A stretch of 64,000 nucleotides of DNA from Zancudomyces culisetae HAW-14-8 (GCA_052426225.1 JBNJNM010000011.1:682001-746000); one strand, 5' to 3'. Positions 1-12,176 are shown, numbered from the stretch's first letter. The notes: generated by a model from the sequence alone, not told the origin. A program made the numbers and translations.

Positions 1-2
1 TT

Positions 3-1277
3 ATAAGTTCAACACCATCCACGTCACTTTTTTCAATAGTGAACACTACTCAGGTATTATCTACTGATACCATCTCAACTTCAACTATGACTTCCACATC
101 AGAGTACAACAAAAGCAGTTCCACTAGCTTTCTACTATCAATTTCAAGCATCAGCTTGGGCACACTAAGCACTGAGAATACATCATTATCTGCTTCAACT
201 TCGCAGAGCGAACCCACACTTACACTTACTTCTACGCCTACATTATCTACGTCTACATTATCTACGCCTACATTATCTACGCCTACACTATCTACACTTA
301 CACCTTCATCTACACTTACATCATCTACACCCACACCTTCATCCACAATCACATCTACACCCACACCTTCATCCACAATCACATCTACAACCACACCTTC
401 ATCCACAATCACATCTACAACCACATCTACATTCCCCACCTCAGTAGTGGCGTTTGAAGTACCATCAAGTGCATCTACATTCATGACGCTCCCACCAGTA
501 CCGACTTCCGTTAACTTCAGTGCTTTAACACACGTTACCAGTACTGAAGTGTGGATTGACACCAGTGTGTTGTCGTCGATTTCTCAGGAAACCAACACTA
601 CAGTTGATGTAGCCAGTTTGGTTCCCCCTATTCTGAATACTGAATACAACCCATGTAACGGCGTATGTCTTCAACTTACGCTAAGAATCAAAGTTCCATT
701 TGTCAACTTCTTGAAGGGAAATAGCAATATATATGCTCAACAACTATTCCGTTTTCTTCCAAATGATATTTCTCATGCATTGGACCTTGCTGATTCCAGC
801 AGAGTCAACATTGCCAGTATTTCTGGTTTGTCTTCACCATCTTTAGACAAGAGAGTGCTCATCTTAAACAAACGTGATGACTTGGATCCAAATGCATCTT
901 TGAATTCTATATCATATATCAACTTGGAAATTAAACCTGACACAAGTCTTTACAATCCTCTACTGGAGTTGAAAAAAATCGAAAAATCACTCAATGCGCT
1001 TTTACAAAACCCAGAAAGCCGACTGTACACAGAAACCGAGTGGACCAGACTCCTCGACCCATCATTTTCCCAACCTGTAGATAACCCAGCCTTAAAGGTA
1101 GTGGTTGATCATTCAGATCCAATTCCCAACGATATATCTACTTTGGTTTCACCACATACAGGAAATACTAGCATTCTGGCAATGAGTCTGGGTCTGTTGT
1201 TTTCACTTCTCTCATACTCTGCTATAACTGTTTTATGGATGAAAAAGAGGATGAACAAGCTCTATTTTACTTTCTAG
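3..1277 (+). CDS. Msb2/Hkr1-like signalling mucin (Ser/Thr-rich, single-pass membrane protein), 5'-truncated by the window edge
   Basis: Frame is open from position 3. STPTL/PTPSSTITS repeats, an HMH-like segment (LQLTLRIKVPFVNFL..YAQQLFRFLPNDISHAL), and a C-terminal TM helix followed by KKR. Confidence 0.7.
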   Translation: MSSTPSTSLFSIVNTTQVLSTDTISTSTMTSTSEYNKSSSTSFLLSISSISLGTLSTENTSLSASTSQSEPTLTLTSTPTLSTSTLSTPTLSTPTLSTLTPSSTLTSSTPTPSSTITSTPTPSSTITSTTTPSSTITSTTTSTFPTSVVAFEVPSSASTFMTLPPVPTSVNFSALTHVTSTEVWIDTSVLSSISQETNTTVDVASLVPPILNTEYNPCNGVCLQLTLRIKVPFVNFLKGNSNIYAQQLFRFLPNDISHALDLADSSRVNIASISGLSSPSLDKRVLILNKRDDLDPNASLNSISYINLEIKPDTSLYNPLLELKKIEKSLNALLQNPESRLYTETEWTRLLDPSFSQPVDNPALKVVVDHSDPIPNDISTLVSPHTGNTSILAMSLGLLFSLLSYSAITVLWMKKRMNKLYFTF

Positions 1278-2743
1278 GGCTAATTTTGAATCTGTAGGTT
1301 AATGTCCACATTCCATATAGGCGAATGCGGATTTGTAACTGCATATGTATTTTTTTCAATCTCTCATTCCTCTCCACTCCCTCACTCCTTCACTCCCTCT
1401 CCCAACTTTTTCTGCATTTATTATCCCCACGTTTCAAAATACCATTATTCCCTCAGTGTCATTAACCAGAAACTTACTTTTTTTTAAAAAAAAAGGTATT
1501 TGATGTACGCCTTATGTGCATTCTATTTTATAACGTGCCACATTTTAGGTCAGTCGCAGGTCGATTTTATCATAAAATGAACAAAATGGCAAGAGCTGGC
1601 TCATACCTAACAAAAGTTAGCTGGTTATTATTTTTTTAAACTTATTTCTCTTTTTTACTTGGACATGTTTTTCTTCCACTTTTACTTGCAACAACTTCCG
1701 CACAATAAACAAAAGATTTCAATATCACTACACCCTGTTCCCAGTTGGTGATCTTTTAAACTTGGCGCGAAAACTTTTACTACATGTTTTTTGTTTGATC
1801 CTAGTAAACAGCCGACCCAAGAGTATTGATAGCAATGTAAGTCTTCCGCTTAGCGTTGACTTGACGTAATAATATCACGGCATCTGGTAGTATAAATGTT
1901 GCCAAAGTATAGTGTACTTCACCATAGCATGATCGAATGTGCTGTAGCTACAAAGTGCGCGAGTGTAGAGCTTGAGTATTTTACATTTTCGATAACAAAA
2001 CAATAGATAGAATGTTCTGTTCTCAAAATAGTTAATATCAGCAGTGCCGGCGTTTTCTTGTTTTCAAATAAATAGTATTTATTAACATAGTCCTGGTAAC
2101 AAATGAAAAAGGTATAGCATAAAGAAGAGGGTAGAGCAGGGTAGAGCAGGAGGAAGAAACAAACAAATAAACGATGCTATCATTAGCTACTACATCTTTG
2201 TCACCACATGGTTGTATCGCTGTGTTGTTATCATATACATATGTAAACAATGTTTTAAATGATAGAGTTGCCATAACCGTAACTGATGAGTAGCATTTTA
2301 GTATAAATGAACACAAAAGTGCTTGACAAAACCGAATAAAACTAGTTGCATGATTCATCCAAAAAAATTGCATTGTGTAAAACTTTTAGCAAGAAAAAAA
2401 AACTTTTTCTGTTGGTGCTAGTTACTACCTGACTACTAGTTACCTAAAAAACCTCTCCTTACCCTTCTCTCATGTCATACAGAGATGATTTATTCTATAA
2501 CAGGTTTTTATTCACTTTTCTTCTCATCCTCCAAGATTTGTACTAAAAATAGCAAGCTCACCTTGTTCAGAACTTTTCATTAAGCAGTTCGTATAGAGTT
2601 CGAAATATATGAACCAATTTTCATCAAAAAAAATATAGAAAAATTCTTTTACCAGGCTATTCTCATTAAAATATTTAAAAGCAGCGGCTTAAAAGTGAAG
2701 CCCAGTGTAAGTGCGAGGAAGCCATAATACAAAAAAATTCAAT

Positions 2744-4497
2744 ATGATCGATCTAAGAAGCACTTATTCGATCTGTCAAAGTTGCTTCAAGAGCAGCTAT
2801 CTAGAACACTTTAGGATTTTCGAATTGATTCAAAGACAATTTTGGCAGAGAGTTCCTTCTAGGTTGATTAAATGGAATTTAGACGATGGACAGAATGAAG
2901 ACGGATCCGACGATAGCGAGAATAGTGTCGGTAAAAACTTATGTTGTGAGGAACTTCAACGATCTATACTACAAGGGATAATTTTCCATCCTGTTACTGA
3001 AAAGTATAGTCCGTCTAACAAATACATTGTTCAGTTTTTAAAGGCATATATTGACAAAATTGAAACAGCAGAAGAGGTATGTAAAATAACTCTGTTAAAA
3101 AATATAAATTCGATGGCGATTTCTGTGGCATTGTTTGAGAATATGTTGAATATCTTTTATATCTGATTTCCAAAGCACTAAAAAAAATTATCACAAATAG
3201 AGTGTTGTTGATGAGTTAATAGAATTCTGTGTTTCGCTAATGGCTACATTGTAAGAACCGAAGTTAAAGATATTTTTTTTATAAAAAAAAGCGATTAAAT
3301 GCGAAATGGTAGTGGGTATAAAGCTGAAAGTTAGGAAAAAATGGTGAAATATCTGTATGTAATGATGATTTGTATATATAGGGATACCAAAGAGGAGTTT
3401 TCAAGTGGTGTTTGTTTCCAAACCTATGTTGTTGGTGATAGAGAGGACCAAAGAATAACGCTAAAAACTAATGTAAATCTTATATCCAAAGGTAATAATC
3501 TCATGGTTTTGATTTTTTTTTTTCTAGAGATAATCTATAGAGACATAAAAGTTGCTAATATATTTCCAGAGTTTTATGTATACAAGACTAACTTGGACAA
3601 ATAAATATTTAAACAACTCTGTACTAGGCACAACTGGGCTAAGACCGTGGTAAGTTTCAAAAGAATATACCAAACCAAAATTTGTTGTTAATAGTGATAT
3701 TCTTGCTACACCTTTCAAAAATACGGTTGCCACTGATATTATTGTCATTGGTTTTCTTGTGATAGTTTTAACATGGTTTCAGCTAGTTAACTAAATCTCT
3801 GTACTTACTCAATATAGGAAAGCAAGGTAACCAGAATTCGAACGTATACGTATTACTGTTATTAGCAATATATAATTTAGATAGTGAAAAGTTTCCAACA
3901 TGATCAAAATTTCCAAATAGCATGATAATGACAGACTTTGTACTAAAAACCAAAGAAATCGTGCAAAATAAGAGGGTGCTAGAGCTTGGATCAGGTGTCG
4001 GACTGCTAGGCCTGGTATGCGGATTTGCAGGGGCAAAGGAAGTATTATTAACAGATACAAATAAGGATGTATTAGAAGTATTGCGTGAAAATGCTCTTAT
4101 AAACAAAAACACGCTGGGTTATGAGCCTGAAGTGGATGAGTTGGACTGGGACGCAGTTGGAGACGAGATTATCGAACGAGAATTTGATGTAATAGTTGGG
4201 ACTGACTTGGTTTACGATCCTTCAATAATACCAATTCTCGTAAAGGCAGTAGAAAAGTTAGTTGTAAATAAGAATCAGATGGTATATTTGGCAAGCACTG
4301 TAAGATCACCAGATACTTTTAATTTGTTTACCAAATTGATAAGCAGCAGTAAAACGTTGGTGGGTAGTCACATGGATATTTCCGACATCAAAAGGCAGTT
4401 TATTTTTCAAAACTACGAAGATAACAATAGTGGTTCGGCTTGTAAACTAAGTATTATAGCTTTAAAGCAACTTGGTGAGAAGAAGTACATGCAGTAG
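2744..4497 (+). CDS. EFM3: Protein-lysine N-methyltransferase EEF2KMT/FAM86/Efm3 (6 exons)
   Basis: Exons 2744-3076, 3201-3250, 3382-3491, 3628-3649, 3818-3826, 3921-4497 join in frame by GT-AG. They give a FAM86 N-domain (HPVTEKYSPS..Y...FLK.YI..IE), ISKGTTGLRPWKAS, VLELGSGVGL, VLLTD, LDW and GTDLVYDP. Confidence 0.85.
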
Positions 4498-4883
4498 CAC
4501 GATTCAATCAGTAACTTGCAATATATGCCAGGGGGTGAAACTGGTGGTTGGCCTTGTTTTGTCTCATACATATTTCATTTATCTTCACCTAGCATTATGG
4601 TTGCTCAATACATTTGTGTGGAAAATAGACTGAAATATTCTAAATAATTCGTCTTTTCGCACCTTTTACTGGCTACAAAATTTTTTGTGCATATACAGTT
4701 TCATAACTGTAAATAGTTGGTGTTCTTTCCATTTTTCCCCCCGATAGTTGAATTGTTTGAATCAATTTGTACAATAGTTCAAATAAAACACCAATCTGAA
4801 AATATTGTTGCAAAGATTCCGTTAATACAAACAATTTTTTTTAGTACAAAAGTGGGAATGCTCCAAAGCAGATACTGTAGCAA

Positions 4884-7800
4884 TCATTCCAAAAGGCTGA
4901 GAATAAAAGCAAACGAATCGCTATGTACAAAAAAACGAAGGCCGAGGTCAACCGTTTCAAATTGAAAGTTTCTATTACAACTAACCACCTTCCAATTCCT
5001 GCAAGCGACGGTCAACAGAGGTATGATAAATTCAGGGGAATGTAGAACTGCATTGGAACCATCGGATTTATGAGCAGAAAGAGCCATAGATAGCTCTATG
5101 GAGACAAAACTGATGATTTCGTTTAGATTTTCTAGTACTTTTTTAATATCCAAACGGTCGCATTCCATTATGCCTGTTTTATTACCAGAATGCAGTCTTT
5201 GGTTGTGAAACCAAACTATGGGTAGGTTCTCAATTAAAAACTTGTGTGTGTCATGCAGTTCTTTGCTTCTTCTAACCATTTCATATATTAAATATACATT
5301 TTTTGTGGGCTTGTTATTTGCGAGGTACAGCAGCGCGTAAGAAAGAGTGTAGAACAAATCATAATACACCAGAAACTCTTCATCAACACCGCTGTTTGTT
5401 TCTAGGATATTTGCATCATCACCATCATCAGAATAGTCCTCCTCTTCTTCTTCATTAGTACTACCACTATTATTATTATTGTTGTTGTTGTTGTTGTTTT
5501 TATTACTATGATCATCAGGACCACCAGAATTGGAGTTGGGGTTGGAGTTGGGACTAAGGCTGGGGTTAAAATTATCCTTTAAGTTAGATGTAATATCATG
5601 TTCTTTCTCAGTAGCTGCGATATGCTCCGTCGAGCAGCTATTGTCAGTGGGAGGATCATCGGCAGTAGGGATTTTGCTCTGTGACAATTTATAAAATTCT
5701 GAATTTTTTACAAGTTTGAACATGCGTCTTGATACCATTTCGTAAAACTTGAAGATTTTTTCCACAACATTCACCGAAATGTTTTCACTATTAATCATAC
5801 ATGTTAAAAGACAAAATAGTGTCATCTGATGCAATAAAGAGTCTCTGATGTAAACCAGGTTTTTGTGGAGTATATCAATCAACTCCCCCATTATTGCCGA
5901 ACCTAATGGTATTTGTCTCCCGGGCCTTCCAGACATCCATGACAAACTGTATATGTTTTCATTCTGAATTTCATCAATAGACGTGTGATCATTTATGAGA
6001 ATTGTGAGAATAGACAAATGTGTGTATAGCAACACCATTTTGTCCCCGGATTTAGTAACATTCTCCATGACCTCCTCAGCATTGCCGCCCAACGGATATG
6101 GTAAACTTAGGCTTTTCGATATACGGTCTGGTGTTGAACCTGTAACTACAGCCTCCGCAGCGACAATTCTAGCCAGGTTGATAGAACCACTCGAGGAAAC
6201 ATTGGGTGAAGCGAAACTTTTCTCAGTTACACTCAATGATCTTATTTTTTCGGTGGCTGGTGTTAGCTGCAAATCAACGTGCTCTTCAGGTTTAAAGTCA
6301 AAGTACTCGTTCACGTAATGCTTAATGTGCTTAAGTAGATTTAAAACCATTGCACTATTATTTCTGTTTTGAGCAACAAAAGAATCCTGAAATACACGAT
6401 TGTGTACTAAAAATATCAAACTCAGCAGAACGTAGTATTTATCATGTAGGTTTTCACCCAGTCCTGTGATGATGTAAGAAAATGATAACTGTTTGGAATC
6501 AAGCGTATCTTTAAATGCTTCATAAAAGGGGTTTTCATGAACTTTTACAGATCCAAGTAGCAGTGTTATTAGTTTAGTTGACTTTTGACCAAGCTTTTCA
6601 TAGTTAAAAAAATATTTTTGAGATGTTCCCCATAGATACTGCACATATGCCCCATATAGTTTGTTGGAAATAGTTTCTGCAGTTACCTGCCGAATAAATG
6701 CATATCCCAGTAGGTTTCTGATTAGTTGTGTTGCGATATTTGTTTCTGCAGTTTTATCTTTATGGTTTGGCATATTGAGATCGTTTATGTTTTTTTTGCC
6801 TACATTGACAATAACTTTGGACAGCAAAATTCTTTTATTATTTTTGGTTGAAGTTATGAGGTGTTCTTCACAAGACAGTAAAAATGTGATCAATTCAATC
6901 ATCTCACATAGGATAAAGCTATGCGATTTGTCTGGATGGGGCTGAATTGCAGCTACAAGCTCAACCAATACATGCAATAATTCAGCTATCAAAACACTAT
7001 CCTCTTCTCCGACCAGATCTACTACCAAGTCTATTGCTTCTAGTAAACATTGCTGATTTTTTTCCTTATCCAAATACCCCACTTTTAAGTCCTGGATATG
7101 AGCTTTTAGATATCTTTCATATTCGCTTCTAAACTGCTTATCTTCGAGGAATATATGTCGTACATACTCGTCATGTACATATGCCATCTCCAACCCTTTC
7201 AATATCATATTTAACAAGGCAAGTTGTTTACCTAAGCTCAATAACTGGTCTGTTCGATAATTGTTTAGTCGTATAAATTCCAAACATATTAGAATATGGA
7301 TTACGAGGCTGTGTAAATTGTATGTAATCTTGCTATGTTCCATAGCTCTCACACTGGTACTAGCTACATAATTCCTTGTAATTTCTGGCTGTTTGTCTTC
7401 TAAATCTTCGGAGATGTCGATTTTACCAACTTCTTCTATCCAAAATTTCAAGTCCGATACTAGACACTTTTGTATCGACGAGATTTTTTTGACTGTATCT
7501 ACTGTCTTCTTGTTCCATCTTGACGGCTCCGTAATCGGACCTTTGCTTATAAAAGTCTCGAGACCGAGACCACTGCCCTTTTTATGGCCTGGCTTCCTCA
7601 CCGATTCCATGTCGCGTTTTAACTGATTTTGATATTTCTGTGCAGTAGTAATATCGTGTAAGCTTGTATCATTCAATGCAGATTGTTTCTTTGTAGCAGA
7701 ATCCTGAGGTTCGCTGCAAGAGCCTTTAAGTTTATACGTTTCTTGTGGGATTATAATTTGGATTGCCTTCTTTTTTTTCACCTTTTTTGTATTCTCACGT

Positions 7801-7928
7801 AACAAAAGAGCTCCTTCATCTAGTTTATTATTCGTGAAATTAGACTCGGTCGCTATTTCTATTCGCTTTATTTCTATATTTTCCAAACTTTTTTTGTCAT
7901 TATTGCATTCGCTGTATTCAACATCCAT
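4884..7928 (-). CDS. DYM: Dymeclin family protein
   Basis: 1014-aa ORF. The block LYTHLSILTILIND..LSWMSGRPGRQIPLGSAIM..NLVYIRDSLLHQMTL..KIFKFYEMVSRR, plus NVYLIYEM and the C-terminal FQFE..RFF, match the dymeclin core. Confidence 0.75.
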   Translation of the reverse strand: MDVEYSECNNDKKSLENIEIKRIEIATESNFTNNKLDEGALLLRENTKKVKKKKAIQIIIPQETYKLKGSCSEPQDSATKKQSALNDTSLHDITTAQKYQNQLKRDMESVRKPGHKKGSGLGLETFISKGPITEPSRWNKKTVDTVKKISSIQKCLVSDLKFWIEEVGKIDISEDLEDKQPEITRNYVASTSVRAMEHSKITYNLHSLVIHILICLEFIRLNNYRTDQLLSLGKQLALLNMILKGLEMAYVHDEYVRHIFLEDKQFRSEYERYLKAHIQDLKVGYLDKEKNQQCLLEAIDLVVDLVGEEDSVLIAELLHVLVELVAAIQPHPDKSHSFILCEMIELITFLLSCEEHLITSTKNNKRILLSKVIVNVGKKNINDLNMPNHKDKTAETNIATQLIRNLLGYAFIRQVTAETISNKLYGAYVQYLWGTSQKYFFNYEKLGQKSTKLITLLLGSVKVHENPFYEAFKDTLDSKQLSFSYIITGLGENLHDKYYVLLSLIFLVHNRVFQDSFVAQNRNNSAMVLNLLKHIKHYVNEYFDFKPEEHVDLQLTPATEKIRSLSVTEKSFASPNVSSSGSINLARIVAAEAVVTGSTPDRISKSLSLPYPLGGNAEEVMENVTKSGDKMVLLYTHLSILTILINDHTSIDEIQNENIYSLSWMSGRPGRQIPLGSAIMGELIDILHKNLVYIRDSLLHQMTLFCLLTCMINSENISVNVVEKIFKFYEMVSRRMFKLVKNSEFYKLSQSKIPTADDPPTDNSCSTEHIAATEKEHDITSNLKDNFNPSLSPNSNPNSNSGGPDDHSNKNNNNNNNNNNSGSTNEEEEEDYSDDGDDANILETNSGVDEEFLVYYDLFYTLSYALLYLANNKPTKNVYLIYEMVRRSKELHDTHKFLIENLPIVWFHNQRLHSGNKTGIMECDRLDIKKVLENLNEIISFVSIELSMALSAHKSDGSNAVLHSPEFIIPLLTVACRNWKVVSCNRNFQFETVDLGLRFFVHSDSFAFILSLLE

Positions 7929-8720
7929 TTATAATGACACTTCAAAGCATTTACACTGTACATATGAAAATAATGTGAGCGGTTGAGAAAGTTTGAGCTG
8001 TACAAGTGATTGAAAAAAAATGGATTTGAACTATAAAGCGGGAATGTTCGTATTTTTACTCCCAAAAGCTTGATTGTTATGAGATGATTGGCCAGGGAGC
8101 TTGTAGCTTTACGACCTATACACTTTTTTTTTTCAAATTGCATAGAGGGATACAGGCAAATGCAACGGTTTCTGCGTGGATCCTATGTTCTAATCGATGT
8201 ATACGCCTTAAACGATAATAAAAAGCAAATACATCAACAAAATCCAGAGTTAAAAAACTCCGATGTGCAAGTATAGAAAACACACACTACTTTAACCCAT
8301 AGTACTGTGATGAAATTACAGATCCTTCATACTTTTTAAGTACCACTTTTGACTAAAATTAGAGATAAAGAGCAGAAGTTGTAGTATTTAATATTATCTA
8401 CAAGCTTAAAGAGCTTGTGTCTTGTATGCTTTTGATGTAGCTGCTTTGGTTTCTACTTTTCACAAAGACTAGGCTCAGAAAAAAGAGATACAGATGGATG
8501 AAATAATTTATTTTTTATATTTTGGCAAAAGCCGGCAAAATTAAAAATAGTTTTCAGCCAATAGTTTTTTGCTGCAATAAAACTCGAAAATCCAAAACCT
8601 AAAAAAATAAAACACTATATTTGGATTAACCTTTTTTAATAGTGAAAAATTAGATTTTTTTCGAATCCCATCTTAATTTCAAGCAATTAAGTAAGCGGTG
8701 CTTTACGATAGTATATAACA

Positions 8721-9555
8721 ATGGTAAGTAGCTATATATTTGTACTTGGAGATACAGACACTGTGTAGAGTGCTGTAGGATAACTATTTCTCGAGGTATA
8801 CGGTGTTTTTGAAGATCCGTTGTGGTTTTAGTATGCTGATTTATATATGCTCTTTTACAGGTGTATGTGTATCGTTATTTCGAATCTGTAAATGATTTAT
8901 ACAATGCAAATCGACCTAAATGAGCAAATTGAGCAAGTGTCAATATATAATACAACACTTGTTGCGCTATTATCATTATTGCGACTTGATCATGATGTAT
9001 AGAGTCCCCCCAGCTATTTATAGTTTAGAGCTAGTTTTCAATACAAGGGGAGCTATACAAGATAGACTGTGATTTAAATGCGGAGCTCTTCTCAACAAGA
9101 TAGTACTATTCATGAAGTTGGTACTAATCATGCTTTTCAATTGATTCGTAGGTAAACATTCCAAAGACCAGAAACACATTCTGCCCAGGCAAGAGCTGCC
9201 GCAAGCACACCGCACACAAGGTGACACAGTACAAGAAGGGCAAGGACTCTTTGTTCGTTCAAGGTAAACGTCGTTACGATAGGAAACAATCAGGTTATGG
9301 TGGTCAGACCAAGCCAGTGTTTCACAAGAAGGCCAAGACCACAAAGAAGATTGTGCTTAGAATGGAATGCACTGTCTGTAAACATAAAGTTCAAAAGACA
9401 TTGAAGCGATGCAAACACTTCGAACTTGGTGGTGACAAGAAGACCAAGGTAAGTTATTGTGATTTTCTGTATTTTCTGACATTTTTCTTTGCGATTTATG
9501 AGTTTTGAGACTGAATTTTTATTATTAATTTTAGGGTGCTGCTCTTGTGTTCTAA
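8721..9555 (+). CDS. RPL42: 60S ribosomal protein eL42 (L42/L44/L36a), 3 exons
   Basis: Exons 8721-8723 (ATG|GTAAGT), 9152-9448, 9535-9555. Protein [45 protein letters not shown]; the Pro in GQTKP is the cycloheximide-sensitive type. Confidence 0.97.
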
Positions 9556-9699
9556 GCTCTTTGTCTTTGTTTTTTTAAACAAATTAAACAAATATATATT
9601 AAGGAGTTTTTTTAAATAAAATGTAAACTTTAATATTGTTACAAATGCTCAGTTAAACACTTTTTTTAGTGACTTTTGGTACAAGTTAAACCTCAAAGT

Positions 9700-10110
9700 G
9701 ACAGCTTAGTTGCTGTGCACAAATACTGTCTAGAAAATAGATGGATTTAAACCACTCTAAACGTACCTGGGCCATTTGGCATACAAACTGTGGAGGCGTG
9801 GGTGTGGTTTATAAAGGTATCATCAAAATACCTGCACCCAGGTCTTGGCTCAAGCCCTTGATGCACACATAGACGCTTCCATATCGCGGCTAGTACACTA
9901 TCCACATCAGTTGAGATGTCGTAGCACATCTAGACCTCCGGTATGACCATAAAGACTCTACCAAATTGTGAGGCAGCATATAACTGTCTCCTACTTTATC
10001 TATAGCTGTACAAGTTCAGAATAGCAAGCTACCAGAAAAAAAAAGTACACACGAGTGCTGATCGCCCTCGAAACAACTTCAATTTAGGCTCGACATCTCG
10101 ATGAGCTTCT
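9700..10110 (+). ncRNA. Candidate structured ncRNA of unknown family
   Basis: GC-richer island between convergent 3' ends with no recognisable ORF. Many 6-11 bp helices whose G-U pairs only work on the + strand. Confidence 0.35.
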
Positions 10111-10251
10111 ACACGTCCACACTTGTTATTTATTTTGACATGGTGATTTTTTTTTTCATAGCAGATATACAAAATTAATGCCTACCAACGTATTTATAAA
10201 GAAGGTAAAGGTGAAGGTAAAAGCAAATGACGGGTAATTAATATAATCTAT

Positions 10252-10713
10252 TTAACTGGCCCTAGCCAATAATACACCACCAAGTCCCATTTTCACTGCC
10301 TCGTTAATCTCCATAACACCTTTGGGGGTAGATACAATGACAATTTCGCCCGGTATTACAGGTTTGACAATACCTACTGCTTTTCCGGTAGCTAATCTCG
10401 CCAGTTCTTGGGTTGTCGCGCTCAATCTTCTAGAAGGTTTTGAAATGCAATTCATTTTTGTTAAAACGGGCATATCATTAAAGTATTTTAACGACAGCCA
10501 CAGTCTTCGATCTGCTACATTTAGGTTGGTTGTTGATGTGTATTCTTTGTCGGGACCTAGATGGTTTCCTCTTGTTACTGAATAAATGAAACCCTGATTG
10601 TAAAGAATCCTGCTGATTGACAAATTTAGATTTGTCTCTGGGATGGCTATTCTTGCCAATCTTGCACGAAATCCATTCTGTACTCGTGCACAAATATCGA
10701 ATGCGCCGACCAT
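10252..10713 (-). CDS. MRPS8: Mitochondrial ribosomal protein uS8m
   Basis: ICARVQNGFRA, ILYNQGFI..VTRG, RRLWLSLKY, ISKPSRR, IVSTPKGVMEI.EA...GLGGVLLAR. Confidence 0.93.
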   Translation of the reverse strand: MVGAFDICARVQNGFRARLARIAIPETNLNLSISRILYNQGFIYSVTRGNHLGPDKEYTSTTNLNVADRRLWLSLKYFNDMPVLTKMNCISKPSRRLSATTQELARLATGKAVGIVKPVIPGEIVIVSTPKGVMEINEAVKMGLGGVLLARAS

Positions 10714-11159
10714 TTCGCTATATATAACACTATTTTAGTTTGCTTTATAATAAAGATTTGGTGATTTAACTTGGGAGTTCCAAAACACTAAAAAAATTTT
10801 TATGTTTTGATAAAATCGATTTATACATCTCTTTTTTTTGTTTCGCTTTATCAACAGTTCCTACTGATATTCTTAAATACGTAAAAAAAATTATTGGCTG
10901 CGAAATAATTTTATGAATATCCCTGTGAAGTAGGTTTAGATTCTTCATTCATAGCCAAGCAAATCTGATTCAAGTTCAGGCTCTGAGTAAAAAAAAACAT
11001 ATGACTTTGATCCAAGAAAGAAAAAAGAAAACACTGTTTAATAAAGTTTCTTCGCTTTGCCAACACTAAACAAGCACAAAGCCGAGTAAAATTAACTGTT
11101 GTGCATAATCCAGATTTAGTGTCAAACAATTATTCTCTATTTTTGTGCTTTTGTAAACA

Positions 11160-11663
11160 ATGACTCAGTCCAAAACAGAACAATCGAATCACTCGAATCA
11201 ATCGAATGTAGAGGTTGAAGACTGTCTTGCGTGCAGAGTAGTGGGATTTTCGGCCTTTTCTGGTCTTGGTATTTACACGTTATACCAAAGAACTCTACTC
11301 AATAGGAATATGTACAAAAACAGAAGAATGGGGCTGTTATTTTTTGGGATAGGTAAGCATTTCGTATTCAAGGATTATTATTATTAATACTACTCGTTTT
11401 GAAAAAAGGGAGTGGTGGGTAAAAGCAACAAATCAAGGGGCGATATGTACGCAAAGAGTCATATACGAGGTTGTAAAAACTGTATATATAATTTATATGA
11501 CCCAAAAGAACTATGTACTCTTAGAATATATTACCAAAACCCACTATAGTAGATACATCCATTGACAGATAGTTTTTTCAACAGTCTGTTTATTTAATCA
11601 ATCATTTTATATTTTTTGCTTGTAGGGCTCGTCAATGTTGGAGTTTATAGACTATTCAATTGA
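11160..11663 (+). CDS. DUF4536 / DMAC1-like small membrane protein (2 exons)
   Basis: Exons 11160-11352 and 11626-11663. EDCLACRVVG..FSGLG.Y motif and a C-terminal GLVNVGVYRLFN. Confidence 0.75.
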
Positions 11664-12176
11664 TAAAAATCAACATCGATATTATTTTTTCCCATTTCAT
11701 AAACTGTTGCGATAAATGTGACCACCTGATACCGCCTTTGCGCCTGTAATCACATCCATGGCTTTTTGTTTTATACTAGGTGTAGCTTACTATACGTATT
11801 ATGTTTTCTACTTAACATTGATTCTTATTTGGTTAAAGAGTATTCACTGCCAAAAACTACACTTTCTCCTGTTTTACTGAACACGTTTATTTGGCCTGGA
11901 TGTTATTATTTTTGTGTGCCTTAATGGAGTTCAAAATAAAGGATCCTGGTTGTCAAAAGAGATGTAGTTTGATCTTTGATCTCAGTTCAATTGTTACTTC
12001 CAATAATTAGATTTAACCCCCCAAGATTTTTAATTTTCTAGCGCGAAATTTCATGGATCAGCTTAGGAATTTAATTTGAGCATAAACTTTAAAATAATAG
12101 TAGCTAAAAAAAAATTTTCTACAACCATCTCCACACATTGGAATTGAATTGCAAAATAAACACAAAGCAATTGAGA

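Noticed and set aside
9000-9065. GTCCCC..GGGGAG hairpin with ANANNA in the RPL42 intron (H/ACA snoRNA or MRP-like)
   Set aside because: No adequate second hairpin/ACA geometry, and too short for RNase MRP.
9761-9772. ACGTACCTGG resembling the U1 5' end
   Set aside because: Mismatch in the invariant ACTTACCTG and no convincing U1-70K/U1A loops.
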